A stretch of DNA of 64,000 nt from Fimbriosthenelais zetlandica. Lineage: Eukaryota. The stretch is from positions 20,708,001 through 20,772,000 of the forward strand of contig OZ365110.1 of assembly GCA_977030845.1 (NCBI GenBank), given 5' to 3'. The notes below the pieces were generated by a model. It did not search any database. It was not told the origin of the DNA and saw only the letters and a list, made by a program, of their open reading frames with translations. Both the position numbers and the translations under genes were made by a program. Each line of letters opens with the position of its first letter. Within the stretch, counting starts at the first letter, position 1. Of this stretch, positions 43,640-56,900 are shown in pieces.

Positions 43640-45058
43640 CTAGGAAGAAAGAGAAGAGAGATGGCATTAAAACATATATTGGTCATGTGCACCGAGAATT
43701 AACACACGCATGGTAATAACAATTTATATATGGAGTAGATCATATAGCAAGTAACAGATTTATAATGAGAACAGTCACAATCAGTCCAACATCACTAAAT
43801 AAGAAAGTCTTTATCAATATTACTGATTTTACGTTAAAAATAACAAAATAAAAAGATTATTAAGATATGATGATATATATATAATGCATAATTATATTGG
43901 GATGGACACATATGGATACATAGCAGAAATCACATATGTACACGATTGCTATTCCGCCTCTATTCTATGAAGACATATCATCATAAACACATCCTTTACC
44001 AAGTGAGTGGAAAAGCCCAGAGCCCGGAAAGTGTTAGAATGGTATCTGATTGAGGACCTAAGTATCATGATGGATTCTTCATGAATAAGAGAATAACCAG
44101 TATGTATACATAAGTGAATGGAAAGGCTAGGAAAGAGTTCAGAGACCATGCTCCATCATTGCCTTCTGTGGAGTGTCTACACGAGAGCGGAAGAATATAA
44201 GTGAAAAAATAGTGCCTCAAATGAAAAGCACCTGTAAAACCACATTCATAAAGTATATTGAACATACTTATGAGTAAAGAGCAATTGTATTTGTTCTTGT
44301 TCAGCGGTGCCAAAAGGCATCAGTTTCAATTCTGTACTATTTCATTTTCTGAACATAATTGTCGTGGATATTACGTGAAAATGTATGTTACGCATAATGA
44401 TAGGGATGCAAGTGTATTATAAATATTTTAAACATTTTAGGGCTCATGCACATGACTATATGTATACGATAGTTGAACGTGGGTCAGTGAATATATTTTA
44501 GATTTTTAAAGTAAACACATGCTCTTGTGTTGCATAAAACTTACGGATGACGATGCCATCTTTAACTGTTCTTTGTTCCTCTATTTGCAGGACAAATCAA
44601 TATGATTATATTAGATTATTATCTTATATACCTCGCTGGCAAATTATGGTCTTTTTCATTGCCGACCAGATGCATAATTCAATAGATGCAACTGTGGGCC
44701 TGTTTTAATTGAGTTAGACGGGCAACATCTATGTCTCCACTAATTATCACTTACCAATGTACACATATCGTGTTAAATTACAATGCCAGTTAAACCATGC
44801 TTTTTGTTCATAAGCAGTTATAATGCAAAGCAGAAAAACGATAGTTAATACATCAGTCTATATACCCGAGATAAATCTGAACTACAATTTTGAAAAAGCA
44901 ATCCGTTTCAGAAAATTTGGCCATACTATGATGCTCTCAGTATGTAGGCCTACTCCATGAGCTGCTCTTTCAATAAACAGTCCCGACCCCGAGTGGGAAG
45001 GAAGTGAATCAAGGTAGCGTATGTGGCGACACCTAGCTCCCCCAACTAGAAAACAATG

Positions 45059-45072
45059 GTTGCCATGGCAAC
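45059..45072. promoter_or_regulatory. RFX X-box, perfect palindrome GTTGCCATGGCAAC (intronic)
   Basis: Exact read at 45059-45072; matches the canonical high-affinity RFX site. Function is inferred. Confidence 0.6.
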
Positions 45073-45636
45073 AGATTCTTCCACGGAGAAGGAAAAGATC
45101 CCCATATGAGTTAAGTTCAGTCTCATGGTTTACCATGGAAAAGTAGGACTATAAGAATATGTATTTTTAATTCTACACCCAGAGCTAGGAATGTTCTTAG
45201 ATAAGCGATTATTTACAAAAGCCAGTTTGTAACAAAGGAATCTATTCTATTCTATTATTAAAGAGAATATTTCATAGGTGCACTAAAGTACATTAAAGTT
45301 TCCTCCCTTTAAAGCATTCTAATTCGTTAGTTTTCATATTTCACATTTAAAACTCACCCTGCCAAGCTAAGAAATGTAAAAGAAACTCAATAAAGTAATC
45401 ATAGACTGTGAAAAGACCTTTCCAACCATTTTACAAAATTAATGTTATATGGACAGAGATTCGAATTATAAATAGCTATATTTGTGTAAATATGCAATAG
45501 AAAAAAGAACGCCATAAAGATAAGCAATTAAAACATAAGTCATTGAAGAATTTACACAGAAAAACACTGGACACTTGATTACAATAACCAATAGAAAATA
45601 ATCAAGAAAATTAATGTATCAATGGCCATAAAATAC

Positions 45637-45770
45637 CTTGCTTCTCTCCTGCTGGTGCTGGTGGCCGTTCAAAGAGGGCGATACTAGCTGAGTTAAAGTG
45701 AATAGCATTCACCCGACCACCTGTGTCACCCCACGTGATGATAGCTTCATTAGTATTTGTTGGATTGGAC
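45637..45770 (-). CDS. WDR49: WDR49-like exon: (W)SNPTNTNEAIITWGDTGGRVNAIHFNSASIALFERPPAPAGEKQ
   Basis: Acceptor ctctgtttccag|G, donor G|gtattt; 134 nt, phase 2 to 1; inside ORF 45611..45838. Confidence 0.93.
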
Positions 45771-45799
45771 CTGGAAACAGAGCTAGTGTATTGTAGAGT

Positions 45800-45985
45800 G
45801 ATGGATGAGAGGTTTAGACAGAGGCAGAAAAAGGACACATATTTCTGTGGTGTGGCTGGTTAGAAGAATAGTGATGAGAGGGAGGGGAGAGGGGATAACA
45901 GGACAGAGCCGAGGACAGACGAGAGGAAGACAGAAAAAAAAGAGACAGGAAGATAGAGGGAGGAGGGGGCTGAGGAGAGGGAGGT
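45800..45985. repeat. GA-rich low-complexity tract; pyrimidine-rich on the gene's sense strand, upstream of the acceptor at 45770
   Basis: gagagg/gacaga-type units from 45800 to 45985. Confidence 0.65.
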
Positions 45986-46694
45986 GTCTACATAATTTAT
46001 TTTATATATAGCAAAGGCAGCTCAGGATAGACTATTAGGTTTGTTTTGGCTGCTGGATGGAAAATAATAAAGGATTGGGAAAGGTAATAGAAAAGTGGAA
46101 AGCATGAAAAACTAACTGATTTGGGGCAAAGTGAAAGGTTCGGAGAAAGGGATTCCATGCTGAATGGAGAGGGGAGAGAAGCTAGGGAGACGAAGGGAGA
46201 AATTGTAAAAAATGTAAAAATGTAATTGTATCTAGAAAAATTATTTCAAAAGAACGAAGATGTGAAAATATTTTATATTTCTGTTCCGAGTTCGTGGCAG
46301 TGATGCTGCTGTGTGGCCGAGTGATGGACGTTACTGCCACCTGCAGTAAAGTCCTGCATGCAAATGGCAAGACGATAAAGCACCTGATGGCCATCTGACG
46401 CCAGATAACCGAACTACTGGCTCATCTCCTCACCACTGCTTTAATGCTTTAACTACTTCAGTAAATGTTTTTTTACTTTCCCATACCCTTATACCGTACT
46501 ACAACTATGCGGAAGCCATTTGAGTTCCCCCATTTGCCTATACTACTATGCTTCTATCAACATGCTTCTACATTTGTTTCTATCAACCTAAATACTATTA
46601 TTGGATTACCGACAGTTGCGGTTTCTAGTCCCCCATTTTTCTATACTAGTAGAGATTAAGCATAATTTGTGTAGAAATACAGGATACAATCTTA

Positions 46695-46790
<96 letters not shown>

Positions 46791-46956
46791 TTAAAATAAT
46801 AAAATTCTTGGAATTGTATCCCAAAGTATGACATAAAGGAAATTTTTGTTTTTCTGTTTGAAACTGTTTCTTCTATCAACACTATCATAAAGGAAGCATA
46901 GGCCTAACTAAAAAATATAAAAGTAAGTTTTATATGAAATGAAGATAAGTATTTAC

Positions 46957-47113
46957 CTATTTCTTTACTAGTGAATGCTAATGCAATTTTGTTGACGTTT
47001 TGAAGGGGAACAAAGTGGGTGATCCAGAGATCACGTGCTCGACACGTATCAGTACTAGTCTTGACCGTCCTCTGTAACTTGAGATTCTGTCCCCACATGG
47101 AAGCGCTGCCTTC
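46957..47113 (-). CDS. WDR49: WDR49-like exon: EGSASMWGQNLKLQRTVKTSTDTCRARDLWITHFVPLQNVNKIALAFTSKEI
   Basis: Acceptor tttttacag|GAA, donor G|gtaaat; 157 nt, phase 0 to 1; inside ORF 46904..47125. Confidence 0.93.
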
Positions 47114-50011
47114 CTGTAAAAACATGTAAGATTATTTGACATTGAGTTTTGGAGAAACCCTCTCATTCCTATTCTATTCACTGGTAGAATGTCACATTTT
47201 AAGCGTCTAGATAACTCAAACGTTCTAGATGGAATAATGAGGTCAATGTACAAATGCCTTGACGAAAAGATCCTTCAAATTAAATAGATGAGAACCTGGC
47301 CAAATTTTTCATTACTTTTAAGAGATCAGTGACACTGTGCTCAATGAATAAAATCAAAATTAATATCACTTCCCATCCATGAACGCTGAGGGGGAGAAGT
47401 GAGTCAATGTCGATGGGACTCCAGGGCTGCGACCCTAATGACCAAATTAAGACTTCTAAACTAAATGGCCAAGCATCTTTTACAACTGATAGGCTGTATT
47501 ATAGTTGTTTATAGGCTACAGAGTCGACACGAAAGATCCACTATACAAACAATTCTTAATTATATTTAATCGAGCACAGGTAACTAGTTGCCCCATCCCC
47601 AACTTAACCCACCTCCCCACCCTAAGAATGGCCGAATCTGAATTTCTTACTTAAGAAACTTATATATGATTAAACAAGTTACAAACAAAAAGCCATCAAC
47701 AAAATAAACCACTGGGCTTCCATATTTCTGCAAGTTGTACAACCTCTACATGCCTGCCACGTGCAATGCCTACAACCTCTAGTTCCACTTGTGCTCAGTA
47801 AAGCCACATGTGGTGCAATCAGTTCCACGAGATGGCACCACATCTACCTAGCTCACTCTAGAAAGCCCTCTTAAGACCTTGTTTCTGTCGTAGACGTATA
47901 CCTCATATAATTATGGTCATGTTAGTGAGCCTTAGAAATTTCAGGTATATACGTTTTATTATAGTGGTTACATGGAGACTCTTTCGGGTGAAACTCCAGT
48001 ATATTTGCATGTGTGTAACTATGCCATAACTAATAAGTCTTCTAAAACTCCCATCATGATCAAGACAACGATGCATGATCGAGGAAAAGGTCTATGAAAA
48101 TGGTCTGATTCCGAGGGGGAGGGCGGGTATGAAGTGCATGGGGAATGTGCCCTAATGTTCTCTAATGCTATAAATGAGGTGTTTAATTGGGGCACTGCAT
48201 CAATTGTGCTATATATGAAGAGTATGTAAAGGAATGTACAGTAGACAAAATAGGATATTATGACCCTCCCTGCTTGATAAAAGGCCCGCTGATTGCAGAT
48301 ATGGCCAGCATTTGTATTTTCTCCAGTCTCCAGTGCTTTATGGTCCCGTCAAGGGAGAGCCAGATTGCACCAACAGCCTATTTTTTTCCTCTGGCAGGCT
48401 GGCAGCAGTATATGAACAATCTTAACAGCATCTCTGCTAAAAAAGCTGAGCAGACCATCTCTCGATAAGGACTATCTGCACACAGGCAAGCAGGCCAAGA
48501 ATAAATTGAAAATTTGGCCTCTGTATGGAGTAATCAGCCTGGTTCATTACGCCGACCCATAAACCCCTTGATTGTCTCTTATTGGGCAACAGCGCCGCTC
48601 TCCGGGAAGCTCTATCTGGTGTCGCAGGGGATGATTTTCACTCCCAAGTTGGGGGAAGTTCTTTTCCAACAATGCGACACCAATTTCTCAACCGTCCAAG
48701 GAATGCAAGAAGGAATTGACCTCGGCTGCCAAATGTGATCGCATCCCCTCACGCAGATAAGATATTTGTGCATCAGATAGGGCAGTCATTCATTAGCATC
48801 AACACCTCGGATAATAAAAGCATGCCAAAGACCCATAGACTACAAAATCACTGCAGAATTTGCACACCCTCATTGACTACGGCATTCCCCTGCCTTATTA
48901 TCCTCCCCTGTTATCAAGCGGAGAATGTCTAAATTAAACTCAGGACAATGGCTTTATGTCACAGCATGTGCATGGGCGAAGTTAAGAAGGCTGTTCCCTA
49001 CTAGATTTTTCTCTGGTCCTGCAGGAACCTTAAGTCATTGATGGCAGGATAACTGTCCTATAGCTCCTTCGCAAAAATCTAGGATTTTGAAGATAAGCAA
49101 AATCACAATCATCATCAGACTTTGTTTTAAAAAATGTGTTGCTCTCTGAAAAGATTTTGGTATTATGCCCCTTCCACTCTTCAAAACTGTGAATCGTTGC
49201 CTGCCTCAATTTCCATATATTCCTATATATGTCCATTCCACTATTCAAAAGTTCCGAATTTTGGGAAAACCTCTATTCACTGAGCTATATATATCGTAAT
49301 GCTCGTATCTACATATGTCATTAATAGAAGTGCACGTCAGGTGAATAGACAACAGCGCAAGACATTGCAATCAAGTAAATGTTTCAAATGTGGGGAGATA
49401 ATATGGAGATACATTCCGAAGGGAGAAGACATATACTCGGGAAATGGAACTGGCAAGAGAAAATAATAACATTGAATCCCATATGAGATTGCATTGGGTT
49501 CTACCCAGAAGACAATAAGGTAAATTAGCCTACAAAACCTTCAGACAGAAGTATGCCACATGTTGCTCCTTTTCATACATCAAAATTGAGCTATACTAAC
49601 AGCAAAGTAGAAGACCCTAAACTATTCACATGTAAGCCTAGACCTACGCATAATAATTATTTCTTTTCTTCATGCAGATTCATGCTGAAAAATGTTTCCT
49701 AACATTCTGTGACAAACATTTAGGATGGTGACGTTGTTGGCAAAATATCCGACATGCCCTAGACAATATGATGGACTCCCGCCTTCCCAGCGGACATGAT
49801 GGGCTAGAGGGATGGATATTTTATCTAGACACTATGCACCCAGAGTGGAACCAATCACGAAAGGGTTCAGAACTCTTTGGTAGAATATTTCCTAAAATGA
49901 GACTGACATGTAGCATATACCCAACGCCCGCTACAGGTCATTATCTTATCCAAATTCCTGTCGCTTTAAGTTAGGAACTGCATTCATCTCACAACTCTGC
50001 TCTGCCTTCTC

Positions 50012-50150
50012 ATTATGAGCCTTCGTTTAGGGACCGTGATGTGCGGCGCCTCCAGTCGAGGTCGCCTCTGAGCAAGATCTCGCGGTCCGGCGAGATTTCA
50101 ATCTGCAGCTCCCGGAGATCATCAGTCATCGTTTTAATCTGTCCCTTCCC
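50012..50150 (-). mobile_element. Possible decayed LINE (CR1/L2-type) APE endonuclease fragment
   Basis: CpG-rich block whose minus-strand translation ...DDLRELQIEISPDREILLRGDLDW... resembles the 'EI(I/L)LxGD(L/F)NxDW' segment of LINE endonucleases. The upstream YRPP motif is absent and stops flank it, so the resemblance is weak. Confidence 0.3.
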
Positions 50151-50329
50151 GTATCAATGGCTCTTGCAGATTAAAATATAAAAAGGATTAAGGGAGGTTG
50201 GCTTCCTTTTCCCGATTCATTCGGTTGTACTCGGGATGCACAGTTAACTTGGGAGCAAGCGCGGATCCAGACCCAAAATCTGACTGATGCCTTTTCACTA
50301 ATTTCAGTCAAACCCGATGAATTCAGATC

Positions 50330-50477
50330 AAAATCCCACAGGTTAAAATCCCACACCTTTAACCCCTACAGACAAAATCCCACACCCCATAACCCCTACG
50401 AACAAAATCCCACAGTAGTCAGGACATAATCCCACAAGGTGAGAAGCGGACAACACCCCAAAAGACATAATTCCACA
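50330..50477. repeat. Clustered direct repeats of an A(A/T)AATCCCACA-type motif, 6 copies, with two ~29-30 bp tandem units
   Basis: Motif starts at 50330, 50345, 50374, 50404, 50426 and 50467 (last copy ataattccaca); units aaaatcccacacctttaacccctacagac and aaaatcccacaccccataacccctacgaac. Confidence 0.8.
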
Positions 50478-51804
50478 TATTATACCTAACCAAGATTCAG
50501 TGAGAAATTTGTCTGGTATTGAAATGTCTCCTGTGAACTGTAACAACTACAAGTCATGCCTGTCCCTAATTGGTTAGTTATCATTAGGCTTCTGCGCCTA
50601 AAATGGACAAGAAAAGATCTACATGTACATAAAAATTGAATCCTATGGAAGTTATGGCCGTACATGGCCAGGACTTTCTGAGAGTCTGGGAAAACAAGGA
50701 CTATCTTTCATAGCAGTAGGCCTACGCTTCAATTGGTATAAACATGGATTAGCTAGATTAACTAGTCGAAATAGAGGCAATTACAGATAGCTAAAATCGA
50801 TTGCCCTGCCACCTAGTGTACGAAGAAAAACGTCCACTTGTAGACATGGCTACTTCTGGTATGCTAGAATCATGATTTAAAATTCTAATGTAATGTTTAT
50901 GCATCCAAGAATTCAAATAGACTGCATAAAATAACCGAAGGGGCCTACATACGGGGACAGGTCCCGTTAGTCGGGGGTTTGTTCCAGGTGGGACTTCCCA
51001 ATGGCTGTTTTATGGGACGTCGTCCTTGCACAGCACTTACGGAACAACCATTCCAGTGACAGTGATATAATTAGCCGTGGCTTGCTGACAAATTACAATT
51101 ATTCCTTAGAGGCCCAGAACTCAATTAAGACAGGCCAAAACACATCGAGAACAATACTTAGAGTGGAGAGAGGGGAGAACATATAGGCTATAGGAAAGGA
51201 GTTGACTAAGGCATTAGGGAGCTTATACCTGGGGGTTTTAGACCAGGCCCTGATGCTAATTAATGAATCATAGATATAGAGATTAATGAGATCTGAAAGT
51301 CTTCATCTTGTCTCCGGCGATTCAGAACTCTTGGGAGTGGGAAAACATAAATGAGTCAAGTATTTGGGGATCAGAGATAAGGGGGGGCCTTCCTGTTCTG
51401 CAAGTATAGCCTAAATTATATTCATGAATGAAGGTCCCAGATAACCTCTTACACCGCCTCCTTCCGGTAGATTTCTTAGTAAATTTCTTATTTTTTGTAT
51501 GGGGGTTTAGGCTTACAAGTACTTTATATTTCAATAAAGTAAGGAATGGAATAATGTTCCTGTTATTCTGAATAATTTATACACTACAGGAAGCCAGAAA
51601 TATTGCCTTATTAAATCTCAATATCGCCTATTCAGATGAAGCCATATTGAAGTTAGGTTTTGAGGGTAGGTATCTTACAAGAGCGCAAATTTTGTTGGCA
51701 CATTTTGTTGGCGAACCTATTTCCATTTACTGCTTAATACCTTCCGTATATGAGCATTAGACGCTAATAAAAGGCAGAGAATTTCATTAGAATCCGGGCT
51801 TCCA

Positions 51805-51842
51805 GTCACCATGGCAACAGATAAGAATCTATGGCAACCAAT
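51805..51842. promoter_or_regulatory. RFX X-box GTCACCATGGCAAC plus a second half-site (CTATGGCAAC) and a CCAAT
   Basis: GTCACCATGGCAAC at 51805-51818, ATGGCAAC repeated at 51831-51838, CCAAT at 51838-51842. Confidence 0.5.
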
Positions 51843-53888
51843 CTAAGCTTCCATTAACACAATATAATAACCTTATATTCGGTACCTGACTTGCAAACTA
51901 AAACACAAAAAAGATAAGAGAAGCCAATGAATAACAAACTAGAATTGGGAACATCTTGTCGGAACCACTCGAGAATAAACCCCTGCCCTTCCTTCAAAAA
52001 TATAACTTATAAGCAATGTTCGGATTGGTGCCAATGTCAAATTATATTTATCTTATATGAAAAATAGTCAAAAATATTCCAACTGCCTTAATTTCGTATT
52101 ATTACATTAACCTTTTATGTACAGGTACCAACAGACTCATGTTCAAACAAATAGATTTCACTATAGACCTAAAGGTTGGCCTACTGTATGTCATTTTCCA
52201 TACTCTATAGAACTTAATCTTCAGCAACCTAAGCCACAGTGAAATTGGACAAAGACAAATAGCTTCCTCTGAAAATTGCATAGTTCTCTCTTCACCCTTC
52301 CCTGAGCAATTGCCAAAGTCATCGTGATGGCAAACTGAGTATATATTTTTTCCATTCGCATCACGATCCCTGCTGAAACAGCGTTAGGAAGCCACAGGGT
52401 TCTCAGTCCAACATGTAGATGTCTTCCCGTGTGAATTCAGCAAAATACCGTGACGAAGAGACCAATATTTGACTAGGCCCATGTCAATGTTGATCCGACT
52501 TTCTAGAGGCGCCCCACAGCTGACAGTGTTCTGGCAGAGAGAGTGCATGTAGCGTCCCACTTAGGACATGGCGGCGACCATTACCATCCCCTCTCACTGC
52601 GAGTCACTCAGTGAGCAACTTTTTCTAAAGAATACTCGGTTAATCGCCTATAGGTTACAAAACAGGGTCTATTCAATGACAATTTGAACTACCCCTGGAA
52701 CATGCCAACAGGTAGCTCAATTACATTTGGGTTGACGTGCACTAGTATGCTCCTGCGACTTCTACGGTTAAAAATGAACTTCTGTCAGATAAAACTGGAC
52801 CGCGTCATGCAAGATTTTCAGCATGTCATTTTTACGTATGTGCCTATCTTATCTAATAGGGGCTAAAACCGGGGCACAAAACTTGTAACCTAAACAGGAG
52901 CCATTATCCCTCCCAGTTTGCATGTTATCAACACCAACCTCCCGACACCCAGAAGGTAGGCAATAATGTTTTTTTCATGCAAGTGAGAAGCCACCGCAGG
53001 GAATCGATGCCAAAGCTGGGCAGATGCAATGTCTGTATATGTAAAGAGAGCTCTATACATATACATCAGGGAAAAAACATGATGGAGGACATGCCAGAAT
53101 AGGTTTATTTTTGTTCCACAGAGAGAGCCACGAGGAGTCAGGACGCGGCAACGACAGCAGACGACATTTGCTAGAATGGCTTCCAAGGACACTGTGGTGA
53201 CCTTGGCCATATGTGTACTGGGCGATTGTCTCAGATATGGGTGAGATGCTGCGTGTTATCTATAGAGACGGAACTGCTTCACCAATGTGACTTTTGTGTG
53301 TTGTGCCATGAAATGGGCATTGAGAATCAATTAGAGTCCACCCGAGAGTGTGGCAGGCTTGCCTAGCCTGCACTGCCCCCTTCCGGATGCACCTGTTTGG
53401 CTACATTAGCGCTCCGGACACGTCAAGTCCACCAAAGCTTTAAGTCCCCCATATTGATTGGGAGTAAATTTACAGGCCTTGCGCTGCAAATTGAGACAGC
53501 CAGCACTGTTTGGCTCCCGACCAGGTGGCAAGCTGATATTTTGGAAATTTTAAGAAAAAATCTTTCCTTGTTTCGTGTTCCAGCTAGTTTCAAGAGAAGT
53601 AATTTTTGCTTAAGGCAGATACACTCTAACTCAAAAATTATTCCCATGATAAACATTGAATCATTAAAAACTTGAGAAGCAACATGACGCATGTACAAAG
53701 CCCTGATAGATGTCAGTTTTAAAAAGAAGCCACATTTGACTGCTTTTGAATGAATGAGAATGCACATGTAGATAACATTTTTGGGATCCGCAAAAGGATA
53801 TATTATAATCTATGTTCATGCAGTTCTATGCATAGACTCGTCTATTATAACATTTTTTTTAACGAGCTAGCTTGAAAAAAACACTCAC

Positions 53889-53958
53889 CCTACTTATAGC
53901 AATGTAGCGGTTAGTATTCTTCAAATAGGACACTCGTTCAATGACTTCTTTATGTGGG
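53889..53958 (-). CDS. WDR49: WDR49-like exon: (S)PHKEVIERVSYLKNTNRYIAISR
   Basis: Acceptor cttttctttcag|C, donor AGG|gtgagt; 70 nt, phase 2 to 0; absent from the ORF track, found by reading the reverse strand. Confidence 0.92.
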
Positions 53959-56900
53959 CTGAAAGAAAAGAATAACAGATTATTAGAAACCGATTACTAC
54001 AGCTTCATTTTCTGAGTTTGATGACACCTTCGAATTTTCACATTTAATATTTTGATAAAATATTTCAAACAAGCTTTTTACTAATGCCTGCAACGGAGGA
54101 ACCCGTTGCTGCTCTTCTGTCTGGAAAACTCTACATTCTTTTCCCCATACATCCAAACAGTGTTGATAAAAAGAACCAAGTGTTATGCCTGTCTGGGCTT
54201 GGATTTTATCTGATGAAGATGTCTGAGAAAGCTTCACCATGAAACAAAGAGACAATAACACACATCATTTATAGTCTTGCACGGGGAAAATGTTTAGAAA
54301 TCTCTAGCTGATGTACTGTCCACATTAGACACATTTTCTGACAAGCACACGCCCATTTGATGAATCACTCTGGAAATCAAATTCCTCTGGTGACACCCAC
54401 CTCTGATAAGGCCATCATTTGAAAGTCTAAATAGTACTCCGTCTGGATGCAAAGGGGGCAGATCAAATAGCTAGACAGACTACAGGGAAAATTTGTGTCC
54501 TCCTTCCTCCAGACCTCAGAAATTGGAAAGAGTGGTCGAAGACCAAGTCACATTTGCTGTATTAGCTCTAGAGCAAGACTTGCTAGGAAACAAGGAACAA
54601 AGTGTTTCATTTTTCACTCAGGGAACTCTAATACCCGGGGGTATGTGGTTTGATGAAAACCAGAGACTGGACGTGGGAGGGGGTCGCATGGAGTGAGGGG
54701 CAGGGGCATGGATGATGGTGCAGTGGGATACTGAAACTATGCTTCAAATTCTATACATTTTAGTATCAGATTGAGTTGTGTATAGCCTAATATAGTAATT
54801 ACGACAGATCCTTCCAAGTCTTTCTAATTCTGCTAATAAATCAAAATTAGAGCTAGAAAATGGCCCAACCTGGCCATTGATTATTTTATTTGATCTAATC
54901 ACGCTGTTGGGGTATGCTAATATAGCAGAAAAGAGGGAAATATTTTTGGCCACGTAAAACAAGTTATACATCTCTGATGCAAACTCTGATATTTCACAAG
55001 AACTGCCTTGCCATCTCTCCAAGTGTCCTCCCTCACTTGTCCCATGACACTTGGCAACACCACAGACACAACGCCATATCCACCCCTAGTGCCCATACAG
55101 AAACGTGGGCGATAATACAGAAGATAAGAGGAGGCGCCACTAGTTTCCTGTGCGGGTTCATCTCATCTGGCTTCACGCGGCACTATCCTATGGGAATTCA
55201 ATGCTTCGGAAGTGGAGTTCACTGTCATTTCCCCAGAGTACACTATCCGCTTAGAAATAGTGACACAATAATATTGGTGGGAAACAAAAACATTCTATCT
55301 ATTACACTGGGCGCCGGTTGGGGTGACATGGGGGCCATCTCATTTTTCACCTGGGCTAGTGGGACAGAATGGTAAGAGGGACTATCCAAGGTCCCTCAAC
55401 TTCATCCCACTGTCTGGTGTTGTACTGACCACCAAAGACACCAAACACTCCCCAGACGAACCTAAATGGCCGTCAATATAGGCCATATAAGCAAGAGATA
55501 TCAAGAAAGGGTAGATTATATAGCTGGACTGTATTGGCAATGCTGCCTTGGCCCATGCATCACATCACGGTTGACAAGTGAATATTGAACCAATTGTCCA
55601 CACCCCTTTTAATGCCCTAAATGCAAAATGACATTTTTGTCATAGCTTCTCTCAAAGGGTGCATATATCCAAAAGTACTGTAGCTTTGAGTACAGTTATC
55701 CAGAACTCTGCCTGGTATTGTTCAATCTTCATGGAATAAAACAATATTGGAAGTAAAATTGTGGCATCTTAAAAAGCACAACAGACCTAGCTAGACCCGA
55801 AAAAATGACCCACATTAATTTTCGTCTGGAGGGAGTAGGCGACAAAACGGCATTATTTGAAGCCATGTCGCCAACCTGGAAGAGTCACTTCAATCTAAGA
55901 GAAACACCCCCAAATGGGCTGTTCTGATTCTCAAGGTCATATGCCCATGACCTTGTCATATCGCTCTGAGTGGCACTAGTTCGCCTGGGACCATCTCACC
56001 CCTTCACGAGAAAAACTGACAGTCTATATGACCTTGAACCTCGGGACAATTCCCATTTTTCTGGGCCAGCTGGGACGTTCCGATCGATGCATATATATCT
56101 GCATTAGGTTCCACGGACCTCTTGGAACCACCCCATACAAGCTTTCACTCTTCTGACCCAGGGAAGCAATGTTCTTCTTGCAGAATGCTTGAAGCCAAGC
56201 TGTGCGATCATTTGGAAAGGGATCGGACCGCATTGGCCCGGTCCAAACATGCATGGACCGAACGATGCCACTGTTAGATAAGGAATAAAGGGAATATTCC
56301 ATGCCCCGGGTCAACCTATTCAAAACAACAGAAGCAAATCACGGGGATTGCCATGGTGATTGAGTGGGTTCACATCTGACAAATGTAATAACGGTGGCTT
56401 CAGGCTAAATCCCCCTTGGCTTCATAAACTCCCAATACAATATGTAAAGTGTCTGCTTGTTTGTTTCTCGAGGCGTGCCGAGGCATTTACTTACACCCAA
56501 CCCCACCAAGCCAAGACGTGCATCACTTCCAGCCCTGCTGTATTCAAATATTCCACCAGCATATCAAGTGAGTGGTTGAAGGGGGATGGTGAGAAGGGAA
56601 TACACTTAGAACACATGAGGGGCATCAGAGAGAGTGGTGCCAAGATCTTTACTTCATAGAAAAAGTGAGGGGAATACAATAGTGCGCTTGAAATGGTTCC
56701 CACGCGTTTCAAAGTAAAAAAAAAAAAAAGAATTTTCATCAAAAAGCAGAAAAGTTGAACGTTGAATGGTTTCTTCAACTATTCATTGCAAGAGGCCTTT
56801 TCATTTTTCAAGATGGTACTGTCATGGGGAAGTTCATCACATCAAAGGTTAGCAAATAAAATATATTGAATAATAGGAAAGTACGATGAAATTCTATCAT

